Source of the DNA: an uncultured virus (IMG/VR IMGVR_UViG_3300031851_000008)
Taxonomy: Duplodnaviria; Heunggongvirae; Uroviricota; Caudoviricetes
IMG/VR virus record: IMGVR_UViG_3300031851_000008
Direction: 5' to 3' (one strand)
Length of the DNA: 64,000 nucleotides
Shown here: positions 36,488 through 45,720 of the stretch, in pieces
Position numbering within the stretch: position 1 is the first letter of the stretch
Layout: the number at the start of each line of letters is the position of its first letter
Notes under the pieces: generated by a model
Database searches by the model: none
What the model saw: the letters and a program-made list of their open reading frames with translations, nothing else
What the model was told of the DNA's origin: nothing
Program-made: the position numbers and the translations under genes

Positions 36488-38866
36488 TTAGTCATACAAT
36501 CTGGGGTTATCCCCTCTCTTAAGGTTCTCGGACACATATTGTCCAGAACCTTTTTTGTATGGCATAATATTATCCATATCATTAAATACTAATGATAGTA
36601 GATCTGGTTTGAGTATAAAAATATTTCTCTTATTGTTCTCTAAACGTTCTTCATATGTGTAGTTTGATACTGATTGAGATGCAAGTTTTCCTGGAATTTC
36701 CACCAATTCGTTGGTTGTGTTATCATAGAAAACAGTTCCATAACTAAGTCTTCTTCTCCAGTTATATCCATCAAACTTCCATTCTTGTCCTCCTTTCTCA
36801 TACACTTCATTAGCTGCTGGAGTGTATAAAGGACCTGGTTTGCTAAATGTTATATTTGGAATTGCTGAGTATCCTCTTCCAGGATTTATGAGACTGAGTT
36901 CTTTAATTTCTCCATTCTCTACTTTTGCAAATCCTTCTGCCGTAATTGGGAAGAGAGGTTCTTCTATTGTTACTGTTGGTGGTGTTCTATAGTTATACCC
37001 ACGATCTTGCATTACAAGATTTGCAACAACACCTTTATCAATAGTTACGTATCCCGTTGCTGTTCTGTGTGGGATGGGTGGTTGTATTTGAATCGTTGGT
37101 AATGGAGCAGTTGTATAACCAGAACCTGGTTTTGTGACGGTTACGTTAACAATAGTCTCTGCTCTAGTACCAATACCAACAGTCGCTGTTGCAGCGGCAG
37201 TAACATCAGTATTATAGGTATATACTTTTCTATTAATACCACCACCAACAAAAAATAAGGTTTCTGTAAAATTGGTGTATGTATCTAATGGTGTTGAGTC
37301 ACCACTAGCAGATTGTACGTTCAACACTCCCAAAAGTGTTAGACTGTTTAGATCCCAGTTAGTTCCTAAAGTAATTACAGACAAAGAGTTATTGTCTGTT
37401 CCAGAGACATACATTTTAGATCCATCATCCTTGAATGATAATCCACGAATTGATGACTCTGCTGGTTGAGTTATTATTGCTATGTTTTGAGTTTGTACTG
37501 GTAATGGGAACATTGATCCAATATCCCATGGAGTAACCATCTCATACTTTTTAAGAGTATCGGGATCTTGAACATCTAATATAAACATGTGCTCACCAGT
37601 ATCCTGCATTCTTACAGAAGATACTGCTGGCATACTTATAGAGACATCTAAAACTGCTGTACTAAGATCCCATGGAGTTGATAAATCATATTGTGCTACT
37701 TTGTTACCAGAGTTTGTTAAACCACTAACATACATCCTTGAACCATCAGGTTTAAATTCGACACAGGTAGCGTATTCAAACGTTAATGCGTTTATATTTA
37801 ATATTAACTCTTGTGTAAAACTACCCGTTGACATATCATGAGATGTGGTCATGTCATACTTTTGAATCTTACCTACAGTATATGAGTTTGCTCCATGAGC
37901 AGTAAATAATTGTTTGCCAAGAGCATCCAAAAACATACCTTCAAATCCACTCTCCATCGTGAAGGGTGAAGCAGATTCAAATATTGCACTTTCAATAATA
38001 TTTGGTGGTGGTGGGAATGTAATTATGGGTGTAAACGTATAACCCTCACCAGCAGATGTAATTCCTACACTTGCAATAGTTCCTCCAGTACCAATGACTG
38101 CTTCTAATTGTGGTGGAATTGTTGGTGGTGGGTCACTAAACGTTACTATAGGTTGATATGTATAACCTCCACCAGCATCAAGGAGTGTGAATGGACCAAC
38201 TTCTCTATCATCTGGGGGTGGATTTAAAGATACCGTAATTATGCCAACTCTTGGAGTTGGTGGAGGATCAATATCAACTGCTGCAGTTTCGGTGTATCCA
38301 GCTCCAGCGTTTGCTAATAAGAGTGACGTAAGTTGTCCTGACTGTTGATTTACTGTTGCTGTTGCCGTTGCAAATATACCTTCTACTTCGGAAGGAAGAA
38401 TAATACTTTGATCTCTCTCTATATCATACTCTGGAGCTTTGAAGAATCCTTCATTGACTTCAATACCAGTTTCTACAATAATATGACCATCTTCTGTTGT
38501 TTTCTTTATAGTCTCGTAGTGATGAGTTGAATATAATTTTTCATATGATCCATATTTTTGAAGCATGTGCTTATCAAAGGCAACTTGAGTCTTTGGCCAT
38601 TCATCATAAAGGTTTTGAATATTATTTGCCAGTAAAACTACCCAATCTAATGTTGAGTCACCATAAATTTTATTAGCAATTTGATCAGGTCTTTCATCAC
38701 CTATAATCTGATACTTATTAAAGTAACTTACATTTTGAAAAATGTCCGAACGGATCTTGCCACGCTTAAAAAGATTTTTAACGACAGTATAGTCATTAAG
38801 AGAGTTTCTCTCTTGATCTCTAGAGACGTATGCTAAAAATGGTATATGACTGAAATAATTTGCCAT
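36488..38866 (-). CDS. g53: Baseplate wedge protein gp53 with a large internal insertion
   Basis: gp53 N-terminus (YF...KNLF.R, ERPD.IA...YG...WVVLL.N, HHYET) and C-terminus (SNY.YE...N.KR.I.ILKP) flank a repeat/propeller insert. Confidence 0.85.
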   Translation of the reverse strand: MANYFSHIPFLAYVSRDQERNSLNDYTVVKNLFKRGKIRSDIFQNVSYFNKYQIIGDERPDQIANKIYGDSTLDWVVLLANNIQNLYDEWPKTQVAFDKHMLQKYGSYEKLYSTHHYETIKKTTEDGHIIVETGIEVNEGFFKAPEYDIERDQSIILPSEVEGIFATATATVNQQSGQLTSLLLANAGAGYTETAAVDIDPPPTPRVGIITVSLNPPPDDREVGPFTLLDAGGGYTYQPIVTFSDPPPTIPPQLEAVIGTGGTIASVGITSAGEGYTFTPIITFPPPPNIIESAIFESASPFTMESGFEGMFLDALGKQLFTAHGANSYTVGKIQKYDMTTSHDMSTGSFTQELILNINALTFEYATCVEFKPDGSRMYVSGLTNSGNKVAQYDLSTPWDLSTAVLDVSISMPAVSSVRMQDTGEHMFILDVQDPDTLKKYEMVTPWDIGSMFPLPVQTQNIAIITQPAESSIRGLSFKDDGSKMYVSGTDNNSLSVITLGTNWDLNSLTLLGVLNVQSASGDSTPLDTYTNFTETLFFVGGGINRKVYTYNTDVTAAATATVGIGTRAETIVNVTVTKPGSGYTTAPLPTIQIQPPIPHRTATGYVTIDKGVVANLVMQDRGYNYRTPPTVTIEEPLFPITAEGFAKVENGEIKELSLINPGRGYSAIPNITFSKPGPLYTPAANEVYEKGGQEWKFDGYNWRRRLSYGTVFYDNTTNELVEIPGKLASQSVSNYTYEERLENNKRNIFILKPDLLSLVFNDMDNIMPYKKGSGQYVSENLKRGDNPRLYD

Positions 38867-38869
38867 TGT

Positions 38870-40336
38870 TTAATATCCGATTGGGTGATTTGCGGCTTCG
38901 CCTTCATCATAATCTGTGGAGTAAATTGGCAGAAGTTCCATGAATGACATTGTAAGGGCGTATGAGAACATACCACCATTAGGTAATGTCATGTAAGTGC
39001 CATCTGGAGTATAATCTACTGAGAAATTTTGTAGAGCACAGTCTTTAATAAGATTTATACCAGGGTGAGCTCCGTCTCTGTATAAGTATTCTATTCGGAA
39101 TACGTTGGGTGCTTTTAAAAACAACTCAGATTGAGTTGTCTTCGCTGACATATTTATTTTAAAGAATTTAATAATTTGCTTTACATTTCTATCTTCATCT
39201 GCACTTCTTGGAGTTAACTTAAATTGGAATGTAAACGCTCTAAGTTGAGGACCATTGAACAATAACTCTACGTTAGGGTTAAAAATAGCACGTTCTGTTC
39301 TTGGAAAGATATTTGCACCAATTGCAGCTTCTGTTGCTGCCTTAACAACATACTTTTGAGCATCTCCACTAAAACCACTTACTTTTCCAAGCTGCCCCTG
39401 AAGTGCGTTAATTGCTGCCGCAGGTCCATCTTGTATTGCTGTACCTGCAATTTCAGCACCAGCAATTTGAAGAGGAGTTATTGTATCTTCATTCCATCCA
39501 ACACCATTTGAATCTGTTATACTACCTTGAATGGGTAGATATACAGACTTCCCTATTTTTTGATTTTTTTGTTTTCCAAAACTAAAAGTGCCTTTGCTGT
39601 AAGTCGCTGGTTTATATTCTAAAGAAGAAAATCTTATGTAATCACTGGCCATCGATTCTGCTCTCGCAGTTGGATAGACTACATCTGATGTTAAAGATGC
39701 TTGACTAGATGTTTGACCAACAATTTGTCCATTTGTTCCAGATAGGTCGTTCCTCTCAGTGGTAGCAGCAGTGCTACCATCATTTTCATCACTACTATCG
39801 TCCCCACCAGTGTCTCTGTCATTCTCTCCAGGTGGTGGATCTGGGAGATCGTCTGCTTCTTCCTCTACACTTGTTCCTAGTGCTGTTGCAAGTTCTGCAG
39901 CAGTGGGATTTTTTCCGTTTTTGGTTTTCAATGCACTCTGAATAGTATATCTTCTTTGTGCCTCTAAACCAGAGAGAGTATCTTTATTGTTTATAATAGC
40001 ATCTGCAACACTTGAATTAAAATCACTTCCAGAAGCATATGTTGATGGTTCATAGCTGCCATCCGCATTTCTTGTTGCAATTAATTTGTCAGGATCTAGT
40101 TTTTGTTGTGCTCCGAGAACATAGTCTTGCTCGTATATTAGAGTTTCATTAGTTCCAGGGTCGTGTACAGTTACATATTGCACACTCTCTGTAGTTTGTG
40201 AACCTTTAGATCCAGTCTTAACTACAATCTGATTGGGAGGTGATACGTAAACTTGATTGTCTTTATTCGTTACATCAGCCTGTCTAAAAGCTCTAAAGAA
40301 TTCTGATTTTTTTGCGATGCGAGCGGGTTGTGCCAT
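38870..40336 (-). CDS. g48: Baseplate tail-tube cap gp48
   Basis: VYLPI, NPNVELLFNGP.LRAF.F.F...PRS, FLKAPNVF, VDYTPDG, F.EL.PI. Confidence 0.88.
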   Translation of the reverse strand: MAQPARIAKKSEFFRAFRQADVTNKDNQVYVSPPNQIVVKTGSKGSQTTESVQYVTVHDPGTNETLIYEQDYVLGAQQKLDPDKLIATRNADGSYEPSTYASGSDFNSSVADAIINNKDTLSGLEAQRRYTIQSALKTKNGKNPTAAELATALGTSVEEEADDLPDPPPGENDRDTGGDDSSDENDGSTAATTERNDLSGTNGQIVGQTSSQASLTSDVVYPTARAESMASDYIRFSSLEYKPATYSKGTFSFGKQKNQKIGKSVYLPIQGSITDSNGVGWNEDTITPLQIAGAEIAGTAIQDGPAAAINALQGQLGKVSGFSGDAQKYVVKAATEAAIGANIFPRTERAIFNPNVELLFNGPQLRAFTFQFKLTPRSADEDRNVKQIIKFFKINMSAKTTQSELFLKAPNVFRIEYLYRDGAHPGINLIKDCALQNFSVDYTPDGTYMTLPNGGMFSYALTMSFMELLPIYSTDYDEGEAANHPIGY

Positions 40337-40341
40337 TTTAT

Positions 40342-40980
40342 TTAACCTTTAAAGTTAGAATCATGTTTGCCGTATCCTTTATAGATCCTTGCTCCACGCA
40401 ACATTTTTCTAAATGATCTATTATTTGTTTTCCAGATATCCTTAGCACTTAAACTGCTAGGTTTACCTTCTTTGATTGATACGAAGTCTTCAACAGGTAG
40501 CATGGATGCAGTATCCCACTCATTAATTGCTATATCTAGCAATAATCCTCTAACTTGACTTATGTTATATTTAGATATTGAATTGTATGGCAATGTGAGT
40601 TTGTCACGTTTTAAATTTTCTACAACATATCTTCTTCTTATTGGGTGTATTAAGTGTAAATTGCATGCATCGAATGATCGACCATCAAACTTAATTACAT
40701 ATGCTAATGGAAAAGGATCGAATATCTTTACGGTCTCTTTTTCTGAAGTATATTCAAACATAAAAAGATGTCCCTGCTTTGGTATTCTTCTTATGAGATT
40801 TTGATCTCTTTCTTCTATTGGATCTTTAGAATCTGCACGTTCATCAATAATGAATTTACCAGGACGACGCATATAACTGCGAGTCAGACTTCTAAATGCT
40901 CTTCTATAAAAGAATGGTGATTTACCTGCTTCTAGGTCAACACGCTCTCTTAATTCTTCAAATACAGTTTGATTTGACAT
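40342..40980 (-). CDS. g2: DNA end protector gp2-like
   Basis: G..F.F.Y......FD.FPL, NLH, EW..A..LP.E.F; adjacent to g4. Confidence 0.7.
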   Translation of the reverse strand: MSNQTVFEELRERVDLEAGKSPFFYRRAFRSLTRSYMRRPGKFIIDERADSKDPIEERDQNLIRRIPKQGHLFMFEYTSEKETVKIFDPFPLAYVIKFDGRSFDACNLHLIHPIRRRYVVENLKRDKLTLPYNSISKYNISQVRGLLLDIAINEWDTASMLPVEDFVSIKEGKPSSLSAKDIWKTNNRSFRKMLRGARIYKGYGKHDSNFKG

Positions 40981-41423
40981 TACTTGATACCTAATTCGTC
41001 TTCTGTAACTATTTTAAATTCTAATCTTCTATCTTTACACCATTCTTCAGCAGCCTTCCATTTTGCTTTATTAACTTCATATGTTTTTGCTTCATATATG
41101 AATGATTTTGTTACTCTAGACTTTCTTTTTGGTGGCACAGTTTGTTTTTTAGGTTTTACTTCTATAACGTATGTCTTTGTAGACCCATTCTTTTCTTGTA
41201 CCTTTATTAAAAAGTCTGGAAAGTATCTATGAACCCTTCCATCAATTGGGGATAAGTAAGGTATGCAAAACTCTTCGCTCGCCCACTCAATTATATTTTC
41301 ATTCAAATCACACCAAGAACAGAACTTGCGCTCCCAACTACTTCGACAAATTATATTATTTGGATTTCCTTTGTATTTTTTAGGATACGAAGGGCGATAT
41401 CTACTTTTAATACTTTCGTTCAT
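40980..41423 (-). CDS. g4: Head completion nuclease gp4
   Basis: KYKG.P..I..RSSWE, W.SEE..IPY, HRYFPDF, EVKP, N.AKW. Confidence 0.92.
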   Translation of the reverse strand: MNESIKSRYRPSYPKKYKGNPNNIICRSSWERKFCSWCDLNENIIEWASEEFCIPYLSPIDGRVHRYFPDFLIKVQEKNGSTKTYVIEVKPKKQTVPPKRKSRVTKSFIYEAKTYEVNKAKWKAAEEWCKDRRLEFKIVTEDELGIK

Positions 41424-41459
41424 AAAAGTTGGCTACATATAATATAGACTTAATATCTT

Positions 41460-41466
41460 TATTTAG
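41460..41466 (-). promoter_or_regulatory. Late promoter (CTAAATA) for g4-g2-g48-g53
   Basis: TATTTAG on the + strand, upstream of g4. Confidence 0.6.
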
Positions 41467-42288
41467 ATGTCCTTAGGAATAACTCCAGGCGTTCCAATGA
41501 GTACACTGAAGAGTAGGATTTTGAATCCTTCTATGACATCAGTGTATTCTGTTTTGATGAACCAACCTTCCTTTGGTATGCAACAGGACAGGGAATTGTT
41601 TGAACTTACCTGTATAGAGGCAGCATTGCCAGGTTCTAGTCTCGCCACGGTTGAGACGAGTAGAGATTATATGGGTGTTGTTGAAAGGCATGCATATGCT
41701 AGACTGTATGACGAAACTATAGATCTTACATTTTTAGTTACTTTAGACAGTAATTACCTTCAGATTAGATTCTTTGATTATTGGATGAAATGGATAGTTG
41801 GGGAGGAACTTTATAGTGATCAGCAGATGAATGGAAAGATTCATCAAAGAGCTAGATACCCAAGTGAATATCAAACTAACTTCCAAATTGTAAAGTATGA
41901 GAAGAGTCTTGGGAGTGGTAAGGAACTAATAAATCCTGTTTTGGTTTATAATTTTGTTGATGCATTCCCTAAATCGATGAATACCATTCAAATATCATAT
42001 GAAGCTTCTCAACTTTTGAAGTGTACAGTATCAATGACTTACACTAGATACTTTATTGGTAAAGAAAAGTCTAGAACTGATTATGCAGCCTTGTCTGCAC
42101 CTGGAGAAAATTTTGATTTTAATCTAGGAATCGATCTCAAAACTGGATTTGGTGGTGGTGGGAGACCCAATCCATTTGATTCAACACAAATGTTTAATAT
42201 GGATAATGATGATGCAAGTTTTAATAATTTAGGATTTAGTGATCTTATTTCCAATCAAGTCCCACTTGATTTTAACTTTCAATTTTGA
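41467..42288 (+). CDS. Tail tube-like / tube initiator (gp19/gp54 family)
   Basis: C.EA.LPG, R.Y...I.LTF, FF..W, AFP, L.K.TV...Y. Confidence 0.7.
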   Translation: MSLGITPGVPMSTLKSRILNPSMTSVYSVLMNQPSFGMQQDRELFELTCIEAALPGSSLATVETSRDYMGVVERHAYARLYDETIDLTFLVTLDSNYLQIRFFDYWMKWIVGEELYSDQQMNGKIHQRARYPSEYQTNFQIVKYEKSLGSGKELINPVLVYNFVDAFPKSMNTIQISYEASQLLKCTVSMTYTRYFIGKEKSRTDYAALSAPGENFDFNLGIDLKTGFGGGGRPNPFDSTQMFNMDNDDASFNNLGFSDLISNQVPLDFNFQF

Positions 42289-42290
42289 CG

Positions 42291-42297
42291 ATAAATA
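42291..42297 (+). promoter_or_regulatory. Late promoter (ATAAATA)
   Basis: Upstream of g26. Confidence 0.7.
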
Positions 42298-42319
42298 ACC
42301 ACATGAACTTATAATAACT

Positions 42320-43039
42320 ATGCCATTACCTACTATATCAACTCCAACCTATGAACTTGAGTTGCCATCAACTGGAGAATCTGTACAATATCGTCCCTTT
42401 TTAGTTAGAGAAGAAAAATTACTTGTTCTTGCTTTAGAAAGTGAAGATTCTAAGCAGATAACCACTGCAATTAAATCAGTAATTACCAATTGTATAAAAA
42501 CTGAGACAATCAAAGTTGAGAGTCTTCCAACTTTTGATATTGAATATTTGTTTTTAAACATTAGAGGTAAGTCAGTTGGTGAAGAATTGGAAGTAAATGT
42601 TCTTTGTCCCGATGATGAAGAAACTTATGTCCCCACCACAATTAATATTGATGATATTAAAGTCGTCAAAAATGAAGACCATGATAATAATATTAAAATT
42701 GACGAGCAACTTGCGATGGAGATGAAATATCCATCACTGGAACAATTTATTCAAACAAATTTTGATTTTACCAATGATGTCGGAGTTGAGCAATCATTTA
42801 ATTTGATTGCTTCATGCATCAGTCAAATTTTTACTGCTGATGAGTCTTGGGCTGTAGAAGATGTTCCTAAAAAAGAGGTACAGGCATTTTTGGATCAAAT
42901 GAATTCTGCTCAATTTAAAAAGATTGAGAAATTTTTTGCTACTATGCCAAAACTATCTCATGAGATAAAAGTGAAGAATCCAAAAACTGGTGTTGTGAGC
43001 ACTGTTGTTTTGGAGGGGTTATCTAGTTTTTTCGCATAG
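42320..43039 (+). CDS. g26: Baseplate hub assembly protein gp26
   Basis: MPLP...PTYEL.LPS, YRPFLVREEK.L, FDIEYLFL.IRGKSVGE, EGL..FF. Confidence 0.92.
   Translation: MPLPTISTPTYELELPSTGESVQYRPFLVREEKLLVLALESEDSKQITTAIKSVITNCIKTETIKVESLPTFDIEYLFLNIRGKSVGEELEVNVLCPDDEETYVPTTINIDDIKVVKNEDHDNNIKIDEQLAMEMKYPSLEQFIQTNFDFTNDVGVEQSFNLIASCISQIFTADESWAVEDVPKKEVQAFLDQMNSAQFKKIEKFFATMPKLSHEIKVKNPKTGVVSTVVLEGLSSFFA
43012..43033 (+). other. Candidate programmed -1 frameshift site
   Basis: In-frame T TTT TTC (43027-43033); GGAGG 10 nt upstream; the -1 frame is open into gp51. Confidence 0.6.
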
Positions 43040-43050
43040 CCCTCTCTCAC

Positions 43051-43224
43051 ATGGATTTGGAGAATTATTATAAGTTAAACTTTGCGTTAATACAGTACCA
43101 TAAATATTCATTAACCGAAGTTGAAAATCTAATTCCATGGGAGCGGGAAGTCTATGTGGCATTACTAAAAGCTCATTTGGAAGAAGAAAAACTTAAAGCT
43201 GAACAACAGCGAGCAAATAGCTAA
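43051..43224 (+). CDS. g51: Baseplate hub assembly protein gp51-like (not in ORF track; possibly made as a gp26 fusion)
   Basis: MDLENYYKLNFALIQYHKYSLTEVENLIPWEREVY; TAATG coupling to the next gene. Confidence 0.85.
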   Translation: MDLENYYKLNFALIQYHKYSLTEVENLIPWEREVYVALLKAHLEEEKLKAEQQRANS

Positions 43225-45719
43225 TGGCTAATAAGTTACCAAAGTATCTAAGCGAAATAATCCCATATTCTCGTCTTGTAAAGAGGAAAGATGGGTTTAG
43301 ACAGACTGTTTCCAGTTATATGGAACGGTCTAAGATTCTTATTGGTGACGCATATGACGTTGATTATGATAGAGTAGTAAGTATATTTCTTAAAGCATGG
43401 GATAAATCTGAAAAAGATTATCCATCACCGTCCGTTATAACACCTCAAAATATTGCTGAATTTGGTGTATTCAATGAATATTGTCTATACCTTTGGGAAT
43501 ACTATGTTCAGAATAAGAAAGAACCAGCAAAACCAAAAGCACCGCCTAAACTACCAAAGCAGAAAAAACCAGAACCACCAAAACCAAAAACAACTTTAGA
43601 TCAAGAACCTCCTCAAGTAACTTCAGAGGGTGAGTTTGAAGGATATGGTGATGATGACGGTCTCCTATCTATTCCAAAGACAGAATCAAAACCAAAGGAG
43701 AAAAAACCTTCCCCCGCTCTTACAATATATGAGGGTGTAAAGGAAGATGATTTAATTGGTGATGAGGAGATTGATGAAAGAATCCTAAGAATGTTAGGAT
43801 TAGATGTAATTGAAGATATTGATTATGCAACTTACACCACTCTTTTAAAAGAGTGGAGTGTTGCTGCTAGAATGACAGGTGCTAAGATTAGCACTGAAGA
43901 AGCAGAATTAATATCAAATGAATTTAAGAGAGTAAAGAAGAAAGTTGGTAGATTTAAGATTAAGCAGAAGAAGGTAAATATAGGATCTGATCCAACAGCT
44001 CCATCTCCAGTAAAGGCAGCTAAAAATTTTATTACAGGTGCTCCAGAAAAAGAACAAAAATTACTTGCTCCAGCAGAAGGACCTAAAAAGAAAAGGAAGA
44101 AGAAAAAGGCATCTCTTGAAGAGAATGTTGCTGCAATTCGTAAAAATGTAGAAGCGATACAAAAAATTCTTGAGAATTCTCTCAAGCAAAAAATGAAAGC
44201 GATTGGTGCTAATCGCAAAGCATTTGAGAGATCTACTAGAGAAGATAGGGAGAATAAATTAGAAGGCGCAGTCAAAAAGACTATGAGTGCCGCTAGAAAG
44301 GTACTCTCTCCAGTATTTGATATTTTGGGAAGGATAATGAACTTCCTGAAAACAATTATCCTTGGTAGGATATTATATAAACTTATTGAATGGTTGGGTA
44401 ATTCTGAGAATCAGGGTAAACTTAATAATGTCATACAGTTTGTGAAAGACTGGTGGCCAGCGTTACTTGCAGGGTTCTTATTATTTGCAACGCCTCTTGG
44501 TTTATTAGTAAGAACAGTTATGGGGACCATAGCAAAACTTACATTAACTATGTTGAAACGGGGCATACCAATGCTCTTGAGATTTGTTGCAAAGAATCCA
44601 CTTGCAGCTGCTGCAATCGGTACTGGCGTTGCTGCTGGTGTTATGGCATTCAGAGCTAAGGATAGCACTGAACAGCAATTAGAAGATAAAGGTCTGAGTG
44701 ATGCTCCTCCAAAGCAGCAAGCGGATGAACTATCAAAACCTGGTAGTATTATGGAAACATTTACTAGAGGTATACTACCTTCTTTAAATGCTCCTGGTCT
44801 TGCTGGTGGTGGTAAAGTTCCAAGAAAAACTCCACTTTCTGGTGGTAGAGTCACACAGTCTAGTGGTAATCGTGTAAGGGGTGGTGGTAAGGATACTCAG
44901 ATGATTGTCGCTCAACCTGGCGAATTTGTTATGAGTAAGGGTGCTGTAGATAAGTTTGGTCCTCAATTATTTTTGGATTTAAATAAAGCTGGTGGCGGAA
45001 CTAATGCTCCTAAGTTTTTGAATGGATTACAATTTGCTCAACAAGGTGGTAGGATCGGTGTAGATTTTAATAATATTCCCTCTATTGATATAATAGCAGC
45101 ACAAGAAGAACAAAGGAGAAGATTTGGTTTTGATGAAAGAGTAGAGCAAGTTGGTATTCAAAAAACAATGGTTGAATTTAGGAAATTCAAAATGTTGGAG
45201 AGAGCAAAAACTGCATCTCCAACAATGAGATCATCTGGAAATAGTGGAAGTGTAGAGTTACCACCAGAGATGCAATATCCAATGAGTCGAACTCCAAGTT
45301 CTTCAAATGGATCTAGTTCTAATTTGGGATCTAGTTTTAAAGGATTGAAAAGTTCTGCAGTTGTTGCTGCTCCTCCTACTCCAGAAGCACCTGATAATGG
45401 GGAATCTATGGTAGCACCAAAAACTCTACCTGCAAATTCATTTTCGGCACCATTTACTGGTGCAGTATCAGAAAAACCTCAATCTGCACCTAAACCGACT
45501 CCACTTCAGGTAATTCCATATTCTGAAAAACAACCCGTTCCAGATCCACCTGCTGGATCAACGGTTAATGTCACTACAATACAGACCAGTACGGATGCAA
45601 AGGGAAATTTAACTACCAATCCAAGTAATAATAGAGATATTCCTGAATTTGACACTGCTCTTACCACAGCATCAAGGATGATGAATATACAAATTTACGG
45701 AATTGTGGGGGTAGAGTAA
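43224..45719 (+). CDS. Tape measure / baseplate hub-like protein (gp29-like, first)
   Basis: Coiled-coil and amphipathic helical segments; GGG.V...DT....QPGEFVM motif typical of tape-measure C-termini; follows g26/g51. Confidence 0.6.
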   Translation: MANKLPKYLSEIIPYSRLVKRKDGFRQTVSSYMERSKILIGDAYDVDYDRVVSIFLKAWDKSEKDYPSPSVITPQNIAEFGVFNEYCLYLWEYYVQNKKEPAKPKAPPKLPKQKKPEPPKPKTTLDQEPPQVTSEGEFEGYGDDDGLLSIPKTESKPKEKKPSPALTIYEGVKEDDLIGDEEIDERILRMLGLDVIEDIDYATYTTLLKEWSVAARMTGAKISTEEAELISNEFKRVKKKVGRFKIKQKKVNIGSDPTAPSPVKAAKNFITGAPEKEQKLLAPAEGPKKKRKKKKASLEENVAAIRKNVEAIQKILENSLKQKMKAIGANRKAFERSTREDRENKLEGAVKKTMSAARKVLSPVFDILGRIMNFLKTIILGRILYKLIEWLGNSENQGKLNNVIQFVKDWWPALLAGFLLFATPLGLLVRTVMGTIAKLTLTMLKRGIPMLLRFVAKNPLAAAAIGTGVAAGVMAFRAKDSTEQQLEDKGLSDAPPKQQADELSKPGSIMETFTRGILPSLNAPGLAGGGKVPRKTPLSGGRVTQSSGNRVRGGGKDTQMIVAQPGEFVMSKGAVDKFGPQLFLDLNKAGGGTNAPKFLNGLQFAQQGGRIGVDFNNIPSIDIIAAQEEQRRRFGFDERVEQVGIQKTMVEFRKFKMLERAKTASPTMRSSGNSGSVELPPEMQYPMSRTPSSSNGSSSNLGSSFKGLKSSAVVAAPPTPEAPDNGESMVAPKTLPANSFSAPFTGAVSEKPQSAPKPTPLQVIPYSEKQPVPDPPAGSTVNVTTIQTSTDAKGNLTTNPSNNRDIPEFDTALTTASRMMNIQIYGIVGVE

Positions 45720-45720
45720 G

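Noticed and set aside
36730..38430. Intein or intron in g53
   Set aside because: No splice-junction residues or LAGLIDADG/HNH motifs; the insert is in-frame structural repeats.
40980..41423. TnsA-like endonuclease as a mobile element
   Set aside because: Matches core head-completion gp4 in its usual context.
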